Virus record (IMG/VR): IMGVR_UViG_3300025736_000022
Length of the DNA stretch: 20,000 nt
Source of the DNA: an uncultured virus (IMG/VR IMGVR_UViG_3300025736_000022)
Taxonomy: Duplodnaviria; Heunggongvirae; Uroviricota; Caudoviricetes
Direction: 5' to 3' (one strand)
The position numbers and the translations under genes are program-made. Below, in pieces: positions 8,309-16,726 of this stretch. Position 1 is the stretch's first letter. Each line of letters opens with the position of its first letter. A model generated the notes under the pieces. It saw only the letters and a program-made list of their open reading frames with translations. It did no database searches and was not told the DNA's origin.

Positions 8309-8535
8309 AATATCTGAAAGCCAACTGTCACGGATGCATGGGTCTTAAAAATGGTTCGTGTATTTTTCGCATTCCAATCGAACGTTTGACCGATCCGACA
8401 ACGGGAAATACCATAATCAAACCAATGCGCCCCTGCAATAAGCCCCGAACCAGGAAAAAGCTACAGGAGGCCCTAGCAGCCCGTGTAATCGATAAAACAG
8501 AAAACCCACCCTATCTATCCCCCATGGGTAGATAA
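8305..8535 (+). CDS. Small Cys-containing hypothetical protein
   Basis: MKYLKANCHGC...C...C, 76 aa. The ATG at 8305 overlaps the thyX stop (ATGA). Confidence 0.6.
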   Translation: MKYLKANCHGCMGLKNGSCIFRIPIERLTDPTTGNTIIKPMRPCNKPRTRKKLQEALAARVIDKTENPPYLSPMGR

Positions 8536-8571
8536 TCGCTTACACTGGGCGTCAGGGGCCTAAAATTTGTA
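8462..8571. other. Long imperfect inverted repeat / putative RNA or ssDNA hairpin
   Basis: Nested complementary segments TACA/TGTA, AGGCCC/GGGCCT, GCCC-GTGTAA/TTACAC-T-GGGC, CGAT/ATCG and TATCTATCC/GGGTAGATA. Confidence 0.5.
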
Positions 8572-8616
8572 TGTAAACGCGGGGAATCGACCGCAACGAT
8601 GAATAAAGGAAAAAAC

Positions 8617-8829
8617 ATGGATGATTCTGAAAAGAAACGAATACGAGACATACATGCGATGGATCAGGGCACCGAATTTGTTGGTGAGTTTTTTCCACCA
8701 CTTTTGTGGAAGTTATATAAGGGATGCGTGCGAAAAGGATTTACAAGTGAGCAGGCAATAGAATTGACTAAAACATATCTCTACGCACTCATCTCCATAC
8801 CAAGCTCGAACCCCGATAATTTAAAATAA
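8617..8829 (+). CDS. Small phage hypothetical protein
   Basis: AAAGGA SD before ATG 8617. Contains YKGCVRKGFTSEQAIELTK, a GFTxEQA-type helical motif that I recall from small phage proteins. Confidence 0.7.
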   Translation: MDDSEKKRIRDIHAMDQGTEFVGEFFPPLLWKLYKGCVRKGFTSEQAIELTKTYLYALISIPSSNPDNLK

Positions 8830-8831
8830 GG

Positions 8832-8886
8832 AAAAACGCCCATGGTACTTAGTTGGCACACGCTTTTGGAAAGGCGACCATGGGCG
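8832..8886 (-). terminator. Putative intrinsic terminator between the convergent gene blocks
   Basis: Perfect 10-bp stem CGCCCATGGT (8837-8846) / ACCATGGGCG (8877-8886), followed on the - strand by TTTTT. The 30-nt loop is atypically large. Confidence 0.5.
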
Positions 8887-8894
8887 CTTGCACT

Positions 8895-9530
8895 CTAGCC
8901 GTATGTATACAGCTTACACCTCTTAGGTATTTGCTTTTCGTTTCCGTCACTCCAAGACCATGCCTTATGCCGTTTGTAAATTTCCTTCATACTTCCATAC
9001 CACATTCGATCCATATGGCACTGCCGAAATTTAGTCCCACTGTATAATCCGTTTGCGTAAACCGAAGGGACGTATTCAGAACTGAGATGGCTTCCATTTG
9101 CAAAACATATATCCGTCAACATGAGCCTGTTCATCAATCTCAGTATGACAAGATTAAATGTAAACCTATGATCACCATGTCCATACTCTCCCATCGGATT
9201 ATGAGTAAAGACACACTCAGGTCTCCATGTCCGAATAAACTCGTCTATCTGAGTTTGAAATTGTTTCACTACTAATGGTAGTGTAAAATCCTTTCGATTT
9301 GGACTGCGAGGTGGTATCCTGGAGAAGTTTGTATCAAGCCGACGAAATGGAACTATTTCAATCTTGTTTTGTCTGCCCACTTCCTCTAATGCTTCTATAG
9401 CTCCCGGCCCGTACTTTTTGTAATTGTTGGCGAGGATGATTACTGCTACTTCATGCGCACCCCCCTGCAAAATAGGCCATCCACAAATGACTTCATCATC
9501 TGGGTGTGCCATAACCATTAAGATTCGCAT
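8895..9530 (-). CDS. PIG-L/LmbE family N-acetylglucosaminyl deacetylase
   Basis: MAHPDDEVI and THNPMGEYGHGDHR metal-binding motifs. GGAGGT SD. Confidence 0.92.
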   Translation of the reverse strand: MRILMVMAHPDDEVICGWPILQGGAHEVAVIILANNYKKYGPGAIEALEEVGRQNKIEIVPFRRLDTNFSRIPPRSPNRKDFTLPLVVKQFQTQIDEFIRTWRPECVFTHNPMGEYGHGDHRFTFNLVILRLMNRLMLTDICFANGSHLSSEYVPSVYANGLYSGTKFRQCHMDRMWYGSMKEIYKRHKAWSWSDGNEKQIPKRCKLYTYG

Positions 9531-9545
9531 CAGTCAATACCTCCG

Positions 9546-10097
9546 TTAGTATGGGGCTTCCGATTCTAATCCGTCATTTGTTAGGTAATATTTAATTTGA
9601 TCTGTAACGTCAGCCCAATTGTTACGGAAGACGATAACATGAATACCAAGGGCTTCAATTTCCTTAGCAATTTCACGACGGAAAGTACCTATTGCATTTT
9701 CTTGGCCCGTCATGAAATCGTCTACATAGACATAAGGTTTCATTGCAATTAAAACCGCGATCTTTGCAGCCATATTTGGAACGACAGTCACACTCTCTGG
9801 ATTGGGGAGCTTTAAGTTTTTTAATTGACAAATAGTCAGCGCTCCATCCAAGTCATATCCACGTGCTGTCAAATACCGTATTTCATTAATGGGGGACAAA
9901 CCCCAGAGAACGTCGAGACATTCTATAGGATTCTCAGTAAGATTATCCATCTCCAGTTCAGGCCAAGTCCAAGCATTTTTGTGTATCTTACCTCCAGGCC
10001 AACGCGGAACTGTATTGCGTCTAATCCGGCGCCAGTGGTCAACAAGCGTGCTGTCAATATCAAAGACAAACAGGTTAGATATTTTCTCAGACGCCAT
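9546..10097 (-). CDS. HAD-superfamily phosphatase (polynucleotide kinase phosphatase-domain-like)
   Basis: Motif I FVFDIDST, motif II YLTAR, motif III Lys (AAKI), motif IV YVDD. AAGGAG SD. Confidence 0.82.
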   Translation of the reverse strand: MASEKISNLFVFDIDSTLVDHWRRIRRNTVPRWPGGKIHKNAWTWPELEMDNLTENPIECLDVLWGLSPINEIRYLTARGYDLDGALTICQLKNLKLPNPESVTVVPNMAAKIAVLIAMKPYVYVDDFMTGQENAIGTFRREIAKEIEALGIHVIVFRNNWADVTDQIKYYLTNDGLESEAPY

Positions 10098-11154
10098 GCA
10101 GACTCCTTGCTAGGGCTGAGTATGCCCTATCGAACATGGCGTGTTTATCTAACCAATAGTTAGCATAAAACGGAATTTCCTCTTGTAGTCGGAACTTCTC
10201 CCGTTTCAGAAATTCAACGAGCGCCGCAGGTCGGCTTGGATTGTAGAAAGGTGGATTCCAATTTGCCTGGTTGAAATACCCAACAGAGAATCCAGGTTGA
10301 ACTTCAAGAAAATAAGGCTTGTCATTCTGATCAAGAATTACATCAACCCCCTGAAAGTTCAATCCCAACACACTAACAGATTTGATTAGCGTCTTTTCCC
10401 ACTGATGACAGAAATCAGAGCACACCTTTTGATACTTGATAAAAGTCTCCTCCATAGAGGATTCAAACCGATTGGTGATAGCAATCCAACCCTCTGGCGG
10501 TCCCACTCTCGCATACCCAGTTACAACCCTGTCCGCAGCAACGATGATTCGGAAAGACATGATTACATTTTCAGGGCGCAATGTAGATATGAACTTTACA
10601 GCAAGAAGACTTTGCTTTGCCCCGCGCTTTTTTACATTGATACGTGTCTCACGCAAATAAGCCTTTAGTTCCACCAATGCTTTATTTGCCTCTTCCTCGT
10701 CATGCACGAGATATGAATGGTAGCCTGTGTTTGAATTGTTTGCGCGCACCAACATGGGGAAGTCGAAACTTTTCTTTTGCTTCTCCCAAAAATCTTCTGC
10801 ATCTTTGAATTCAAACCAGTCGGGAACTGGAATGTCGTTGTCCCCCCAAATCTTGAACGCATCTTCCTTAGCATGTGACGCCATCCATCCCCGTGGATCG
10901 TTAATATGTTCAATGTGTGGAAAATAGTTGGCTATATCCACACAACGTCTCCACAAACTTTCATCTGTGTATTCTGTATTAAGCTTCCAAACTATCGTAT
11001 CTGCTTTTGAATGTAGAATTTCATCCTCTGTGATGAAATTAGGCATGTCTTCCAACACTATAGGCCCTATGTAGGTTTCACACATTTCCCTTTCATATGC
11101 GCGCCACCGAACCCCATGACCTTTTACAGCAACTACCGAATGTGTCTCACCCAT
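10087..11154 (-). CDS. ATP-grasp ligase, RimK/LysX-like
   Basis: HINDP...AK...DIPVPDW, FPMLVR, FRIIV, and LGLNFQGVDVILDQNDKPYFLEVQ. Confidence 0.85.
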   Translation of the reverse strand: MGETHSVVAVKGHGVRWRAYEREMCETYIGPIVLEDMPNFITEDEILHSKADTIVWKLNTEYTDESLWRRCVDIANYFPHIEHINDPRGWMASHAKEDAFKIWGDNDIPVPDWFEFKDAEDFWEKQKKSFDFPMLVRANNSNTGYHSYLVHDEEEANKALVELKAYLRETRINVKKRGAKQSLLAVKFISTLRPENVIMSFRIIVAADRVVTGYARVGPPEGWIAITNRFESSMEETFIKYQKVCSDFCHQWEKTLIKSVSVLGLNFQGVDVILDQNDKPYFLEVQPGFSVGYFNQANWNPPFYNPSRPAALVEFLKREKFRLQEEIPFYANYWLDKHAMFDRAYSALARSLHGV

Positions 11155-12064
11155 TTTCGTTCAGCCTTTCCATTTCTAACAGTTCTCGAATAAACAAAAT
11201 AACAGCTTCAAAACTTTGATCGTCACCTGCATATAGAAATATCTGATAGCCTTTCATTGATCGATACAGGCTGAAATGTTGAGCCAGTGTATTTGTAAAA
11301 TCGTTTACTACCAACGTGAACACCGGACCTTCTCCGATTATGTAATCAGCCGGAATCAAACTTACCAGCAAAGCGCGACGCTCATCCATCTTAATCCTGA
11401 ATTTGATAACATCAAACTTATTTACCACATCAAGCAAATCCCAATACAGCGGAATGGATGGTGTGGCAGGTGTCTCCAGTTTCTCTCTGAACCTAAGATA
11501 CCGGCGCAGACTTAAAACACTATCAGTCTCCGATTTGAAAAACTCATCTACTGGCAACCCCTTGCGTATACCTATAATGCTGATGACAGGATAAGCCCCC
11601 AATTGCTTACTGCTAACAGTAGTAAATACGTCAACATCCTCAGGGACAGAGTAATACGGAAACGCACTTACCATATCAGCAAAAAGTATCACCCTTGACC
11701 AATTAACATCCCAGTGTGTTGGTGTTGGAAGTGATATGTTGACGTGTGAACAACTTGTTTCATACAGACAAAAAGCTTTGCACAATGCAGGACCGTTTAT
11801 TCTGTAAATCTTTTCGAGCCTATCCAGCCTGCCACCAAATTCATCTTCCACGTATAAACACGTTGTACATACATTCAAACTGGAAAGAACGATCTCGTTA
11901 GCCATCGTACCGCTGCCAGTAACGAAAATGAGATCGAAATCATCCAACCGGGGAAAAGTAGTTTTCATTTGTGCTTCTAACGATTGAAGCAATCCATGAA
12001 ACACATCGTCCCTGTGATGATGTACAGGTTTTGCAATCATCGATTTCGCATTCGGCCCGAACAT
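11147..12064 (-). CDS. Class V PLP-dependent aminotransferase (serine-pyruvate/alanine-glyoxylate/PhnW-like)
   Basis: MFGPN, HHRDDVF, TGSGTMANE, FADMVSAFP, TVSSKQLG (PLP lysine) and TPATP. Start moved to ATG 12064, which has a GGGAGGA SD. Confidence 0.88.
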   Translation of the reverse strand: MFGPNAKSMIAKPVHHHRDDVFHGLLQSLEAQMKTTFPRLDDFDLIFVTGSGTMANEIVLSSLNVCTTCLYVEDEFGGRLDRLEKIYRINGPALCKAFCLYETSCSHVNISLPTPTHWDVNWSRVILFADMVSAFPYYSVPEDVDVFTTVSSKQLGAYPVISIIGIRKGLPVDEFFKSETDSVLSLRRYLRFREKLETPATPSIPLYWDLLDVVNKFDVIKFRIKMDERRALLVSLIPADYIIGEGPVFTLVVNDFTNTLAQHFSLYRSMKGYQIFLYAGDDQSFEAVILFIRELLEMERLNENG

Positions 12065-13173
12065 GAGAGGGTCCTCCCGTAAACGAATTTCTTCTCCAGA
12101 TATTTGAGTACAGCAATACGATGCATCCCATCCCATGGGTCTTCCCTGCCCAACTGTAACGCAATGGGAGTTTCCTGCCCATGTTCCTTCGCAGTCTTGA
12201 TTAAATTGATATAGGACAGAACACGCTCTCTTGCTATTTTAGGACCCCAAGCTGTAGATCCACGATGCGCATCTCGTTGCCATCTAAAACATACTGAACG
12301 CTCTAAATTTGATTCGTCTGTACGATTGGATAGCACGTCCTCTATGAACGTAGGAAAAATACGCTGATAAAATATAGCATTATATGGATTCAAAGCAAGT
12401 TGTTTCGTCCAACAATCCTGGATGGAAAGTCGTTTCAGTGAACGACTACGAAACAACAAAATAGTTAAGTCTTTCACCCTGTTTGCTTTTTTATGTTCCA
12501 ACAACTTCCCAGGTGTAGAAAAATGATGTATGTAATCCCAATCAGACAAAGGCGTGATTAAACTCTGTAAATATGAAGACTTTGGATTTATTACACCCCC
12601 TGCATTTTCATCCAACAGCACAACCAAATACATACTCTTGAAAGACAACGTTCGCAAATACGCAACTAACGCATTTACTCGCATATGATAGTGTACACAA
12701 GACAGCATCGTGATATCCACAATGGGAAACGTGCTCATATTAAGTGACTGTGCATCCGGATGAGATATGTTAGGTTCCAACGGACCAATGCCTTGGTTGT
12801 ACACCTCCAAGGGCATCTCGTCATAGTAATCACGAGTTACAAGCAATTGATCGAAAGCCCCCAATCCAGCGTCCACACCAATCAATCGATTAAACCCTTG
12901 CTTTTGCCAAGCTCGCAAAAGGAACAAACCCGCACTACAACCCACCTCGCACAAAGAACTTTCTTTGGGTTTTGTACCCAGCTTATCTATATGTTCCAAC
13001 ATTGGTTTTATGTAACACATCCATCGTCCTTCTCCGTACGATATGTAATTTGTTCGACCACCCCCAAAATGGGTGTTGGGAGATGAGATGCTACCGTACG
13101 GGACGGACTGATACCAACGTCGCTTTTCCCCAGCTTGTTCGATACGTGTTCGCAATTTAGCCTTACTTATCAT
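12037..13173 (-). CDS. Class I SAM methyltransferase (CmoB/DUF1698-like) fused to a C-terminal ParB/Srx-like domain
   Basis: WYQSV, LCEVGCSAGLF, LIGVD and DITMLSCVHYH. The C-terminus reads LIKTAKEHGQETPIAL...WDGMHRIAVLKYL. AAGGA SD before ATG 13173. Confidence 0.8.
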   Translation of the reverse strand: MISKAKLRTRIEQAGEKRRWYQSVPYGSISSPNTHFGGGRTNYISYGEGRWMCYIKPMLEHIDKLGTKPKESSLCEVGCSAGLFLLRAWQKQGFNRLIGVDAGLGAFDQLLVTRDYYDEMPLEVYNQGIGPLEPNISHPDAQSLNMSTFPIVDITMLSCVHYHMRVNALVAYLRTLSFKSMYLVVLLDENAGGVINPKSSYLQSLITPLSDWDYIHHFSTPGKLLEHKKANRVKDLTILLFRSRSLKRLSIQDCWTKQLALNPYNAIFYQRIFPTFIEDVLSNRTDESNLERSVCFRWQRDAHRGSTAWGPKIARERVLSYINLIKTAKEHGQETPIALQLGREDPWDGMHRIAVLKYLEKKFVYGRTLSCSGRMRNR

Positions 13174-13175
13174 AA

Positions 13176-13871
13176 TCAATCCTTACACTTCTTGGTAATG
13201 ACGGCTATAGGACAAGACTTCATGTCAAAGCTTGTAAGTCGTACACCAGTGACAGTATCCAATCCCTTTAGAAATACATCTATGTCCTCATATCGAATCA
13301 TTTGGGGGTGCTCTATGTTCCCTTGCGTTTTGTGTCTTTCAATTTCATCCTCATTGTCTCCACGACAATCAAACGCCAAAAAACAAGACTTGCTCACACG
13401 CAAACATTCGGATATAGCATCGAAAATATTCCATCCATGATCTAAACAATTATAACTGAGAAGAACATCAATCGAATTATTAGGTAGTGGTATTTTTTCA
13501 GCCCCAGACTCTACATACGTTGCATCTTTCGGCCATTCACAAAAATCCAAATCGACTAATTCTCGTTGAATGTAATCGATGAATACCTTCTTTTTAGCAG
13601 GCAAATTACAAATTTGAAGAATACCCCCGGCTGGACCTGCACCCACTTCCCCTACAACTTTTGTTTCATTTACATAAGATCGAATATTATACCGTTCCAA
13701 GAATCGCTCATAACAAACTTCCCTAATACACACCTTGTTGTCGTCCCAATTCGCTCCCCACCACTTTATATTTCTAGTTATAAATGTTTCCCTGGACTCC
13801 AAACCGCCTCTGTTATTTCCTACATCGTTTATGTTTGTAATCCAATGTAACTTTCGGCTATGGTCACACAT
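13176..13871 (-). CDS. Class I SAM-dependent methyltransferase (paralog B)
   Basis: VGEVGAGPAGG, VFID, GAEKIPLPNNSIDVLLSYNCLDH and ECLRVSK. Confidence 0.88.
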   Translation of the reverse strand: MCDHSRKLHWITNINDVGNNRGGLESRETFITRNIKWWGANWDDNKVCIREVCYERFLERYNIRSYVNETKVVGEVGAGPAGGILQICNLPAKKKVFIDYIQRELVDLDFCEWPKDATYVESGAEKIPLPNNSIDVLLSYNCLDHGWNIFDAISECLRVSKSCFLAFDCRGDNEDEIERHKTQGNIEHPQMIRYEDIDVFLKGLDTVTGVRLTSFDMKSCPIAVITKKCKD

Positions 13872-14561
13872 TCAAATATCCTCTTTGATAACAACAGCAA
13901 CAGGAAAAGACCTTATGCCAAGATCCGTAAGTTGTATATCATCGGCATCATTCCGCCCTTTTAGAAACGCATCTATGTCTGTATATCGAATCATTTGAGG
14001 ATGATCTATGTTCCCTTGCGTTTTACGCCTTTCAATTTCATCCGCATCGTCTCCACGACAATCAAACGCTAGAAAGCACAACTTACTCACACGAAGACAT
14101 TCGCGTAGAGTATCAAAAATATTCCAGCCATGATCCAAACTATTGAAGCTAAGAAGAACATCTATTGAATCATCTGATAACGGAATCTTTTCCGCTCCTG
14201 ACTCTACATACGTCGCATCTTCAGGCCATTCACAATAGTTCAAATCAACTAAATCTCGCATGACATAATCTATAAACACTTTCTTTCTTGCGGGAATATC
14301 ACAAACCTGAAGCATACCCCCAAACGGTCCAGGACCCACTTCACCTACAATCTTTGTTTCATCTACATAGGATCGAATATTATAACAGCTTAGAAATGGA
14401 TCGTACCAAGCCTTCCTGGCATTCGCCTCATGTTCTTTATTTCCTTTCCACCATGAAATGTTTCTTGCTCTAAATGTTTCCTTGGACTCTAAACCACCTC
14501 TGGTTTTTTCAGCATCATTTATACTTGTAATCCAATGCAAATTTCGACTATCGGTATGCAT
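13872..14561 (-). CDS. Class I SAM-dependent methyltransferase (paralog A)
   Basis: VGEVGPGPFGG, VFID and GAEKIPLSDDSIDVLLSFNSLDH. Collinear paralog of 13176-13871. Confidence 0.88.
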   Translation of the reverse strand: MHTDSRNLHWITSINDAEKTRGGLESKETFRARNISWWKGNKEHEANARKAWYDPFLSCYNIRSYVDETKIVGEVGPGPFGGMLQVCDIPARKKVFIDYVMRDLVDLNYCEWPEDATYVESGAEKIPLSDDSIDVLLSFNSLDHGWNIFDTLRECLRVSKLCFLAFDCRGDDADEIERRKTQGNIDHPQMIRYTDIDAFLKGRNDADDIQLTDLGIRSFPVAVVIKEDI

Positions 14562-15320
14562 TCAAATACCCTCTTTTGAAAAAACATCCCGGACTCCACG
14601 TTGGCCCCAATGCAACATCATGCATTCAATAGAAATATCTTTACCCTGCAACCGTTTCTTGTAATCTCTCATATACTTAGCACTGCTCGCACCCACACAC
14701 CATTGTTCAGGAAGATAAACGGGAGTAATACCAGTCTTCCATGAAGCTCTCCAAAAGGCAAGTGTGCCTCGCATACAGTTTTGTAGCTCTTCCAAATAGG
14801 CAGATAAAAGAATACGGGCTCTTTCGTCCAACCTATACACAAACAAGGGGCTGACGTTACACGCAGGGGCATGAGGAGGGCCACAGTGTGCGTTGTAAGG
14901 GATAAAATCCTTTGGCCCGGCGTCTGTCCCCCTAGCATTGTATTTAACATACACACGGGGGTTCAGAGGTACACAAACACCGAAGCGCTCAGCCAGTAGA
15001 AATCCGTCGGTGAATTCAGAATGTACAATGCGCATATCGTCATTGAGAACACAATAAGAATCAGCATAGGGCTCTAATGCAAATCGTGCGGATAACACAT
15101 TACAATTGCGCACACCCCAACGTGGACTATCTAACCATTGAAGTTCATTGTGGGGAACTACCAGTTGTGTAATCTCATCCGATAGGTTCCTCTGATGATC
15201 AGTCACAATGTATACAGGAATATCCGGGCAAACTTGTTTGAGATTTGATAATAGTGCCTGGACATTTTTTGCACGTCCCGGTCCCAAACTGACAATTAGA
15301 ATAGCTCGTTTCACATCCAC
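14562..15320 (-). CDS. Putative GT-A fold glycosyltransferase (GT8-like, degenerate DxD)
   Basis: LSNLKQVCPDIPVYIVTD, YCVLNDDM at the DxD position, YLPEQWC and MLHWG. Similar layout to the neighbouring GT. GTG start. Confidence 0.6.
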   Translation of the reverse strand: MDVKRAILIVSLGPGRAKNVQALLSNLKQVCPDIPVYIVTDHQRNLSDEITQLVVPHNELQWLDSPRWGVRNCNVLSARFALEPYADSYCVLNDDMRIVHSEFTDGFLLAERFGVCVPLNPRVYVKYNARGTDAGPKDFIPYNAHCGPPHAPACNVSPLFVYRLDERARILLSAYLEELQNCMRGTLAFWRASWKTGITPVYLPEQWCVGASSAKYMRDYKKRLQGKDISIECMMLHWGQRGVRDVFSKEGI

Positions 15321-16117
15321 GTTGTCGCCCCTTTATCATGCCGAATCATCACATTCGGAAATACATCCTCTTCATAAATCATCGTCTTCAACTTAGACTT
15401 CAAATGAATAACTGCCGCCGTATCCACATCTCCAATAACATCACGTACAAATTCAAAAGCTTGCGCCCCTATTCTATCTGTAGGAGGACAATAGTTGTAC
15501 CGTGGACCTGCGTCAACAATCGACAACCCATGTGACTTTTTCAAAGCTTCTCTTTCCATCCAAGTTGAAATCAAAAAATCCTGGCCAACGCTCCAGTCCA
15601 ATCCGAAGTGATGATGTTTGTATTTCGTTCTGGCCTCTATATATGGCTCCCATGTATTTTCAAATATCTCATCCACATGCCAAGCAATCCACCCCCTAAC
15701 ACGTGGGTTCACCCGTAGGAAAAAGATACCACCATTGATTGGAAATAAATGCTCATATCCCCGTGTTGTCACCCCTATGTCCATATTCCTGTTATCGTTG
15801 AATGGCTTGAAAGGATCTGCTTGGAAATACACGTCTACGTCAGACACAAGAACTTTGTCATGGTCCGCAAAATACTTCTGGAAACAATGGAGTAACATTT
15901 CGATCTTACACGTTGCACGTCGGCCACTCATTTGTTTTGGATCAACCACCTGCCACCAAACATTGTAATTGTCAGATAGAAACGATTTCACAATGTCTGG
16001 AACTCCATCAGTAACAATAATAATCTGGACGTCAGGTGCAACCGCGTGTAAACTGTGAATGCACGTCTCCAGCATATTATTGTCTTTTTGATGGTAGGTA
16101 AAATAAGCAAACTTCAT
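15311..16117 (-). CDS. GT-A fold nucleotide-diphospho-sugar transferase (GT8/GT77-like)
   Basis: SLHAVAPDVQIIIVTD, VLVSDVDVYFQADPF (DxD), INGGIFFLR, GQDFL, YN and VIHLK. GGAGAGGA SD. Confidence 0.85.
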   Translation of the reverse strand: MKFAYFTYHQKDNNMLETCIHSLHAVAPDVQIIIVTDGVPDIVKSFLSDNYNVWWQVVDPKQMSGRRATCKIEMLLHCFQKYFADHDKVLVSDVDVYFQADPFKPFNDNRNMDIGVTTRGYEHLFPINGGIFFLRVNPRVRGWIAWHVDEIFENTWEPYIEARTKYKHHHFGLDWSVGQDFLISTWMEREALKKSHGLSIVDAGPRYNYCPPTDRIGAQAFEFVRDVIGDVDTAAVIHLKSKLKTMIYEEDVFPNVMIRHDKGATTWM

Positions 16118-16140
16118 TATCCTCTCCCTGCCTTGGTTCC

Positions 16141-16725
16141 TTAGGCATTTACAACACGACGAAATCGACGCGACGCTTGATTGTGTATAATAACCCCATC
16201 CGGAACGTTTCGCATTAGATCAAATATTTTACAATACTGAGCTGGAAGACAACCGAATTTGAGATTGTACTTTCCAGAATTTAATAGTTCCTGTAGTAAA
16301 TCTGGATTGCGTTTTCTTTTTCTACTCCCCATGCATAACTCTGCCCACTCGGCAACAAACGTTTGTACAACAGGATTATTGCGAAAAAAGATAGTCCCCC
16401 CCAAAAGCTCGTTACGGTGCCATGAAAAATCATGAACATGTGCTGCAATATCCGCTACGAACTTCGGATTTTCAAAGATAACTGGGCGAGCTTCAAAAAC
16501 CGCATCGGCATCAACACGTAAAATATCCCTTCCAGGAAAACGAGACAAGGCGCTTTGAATAACCTTGCTGCAAAAGTTGCTGTTCGCGCGCCATGTACCA
16601 AGAGATTTGATGGGGGTAAGATCCAACTCTAATTTCCATTCCTTGCACGATTTGACAAGATTCTTAACTTCCTCTTCATACGGCGTGTCTACTGTATAGT
16701 GTGACACAACCAAGGGCATTACCAT
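16141..16725 (-). CDS. GT-A fold glycosyltransferase (GT34/GT77-like)
   Basis: VSHYTVDTPY, ILRVDADAVF (DxD), LLGGTIFF, LPAQYCKIFD and IIHNQASR. AGGAG SD favours ATG 16725 over TTG 16734. Confidence 0.8.
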   Translation of the reverse strand: MVMPLVVSHYTVDTPYEEEVKNLVKSCKEWKLELDLTPIKSLGTWRANSNFCSKVIQSALSRFPGRDILRVDADAVFEARPVIFENPKFVADIAAHVHDFSWHRNELLGGTIFFRNNPVVQTFVAEWAELCMGSRKRKRNPDLLQELLNSGKYNLKFGCLPAQYCKIFDLMRNVPDGVIIHNQASRRFRRVVNA

Positions 16726-16726
16726 C

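Noticed and set aside
9546..12064. Phosphonate pathway (PhnW + PhnX-like pair)
   Set aside because: The HAD is small and lacks a recognisable PhnX cap, and no PEP mutase or phosphonopyruvate decarboxylase is in the window. It cannot be excluded from genes elsewhere.
12065..12136. N-terminal extension of the aminotransferase given by the ORF track
   Set aside because: It would overlap the upstream gene by 100 nt. ATG 12064 has a strong SD and matches the family N-terminus.
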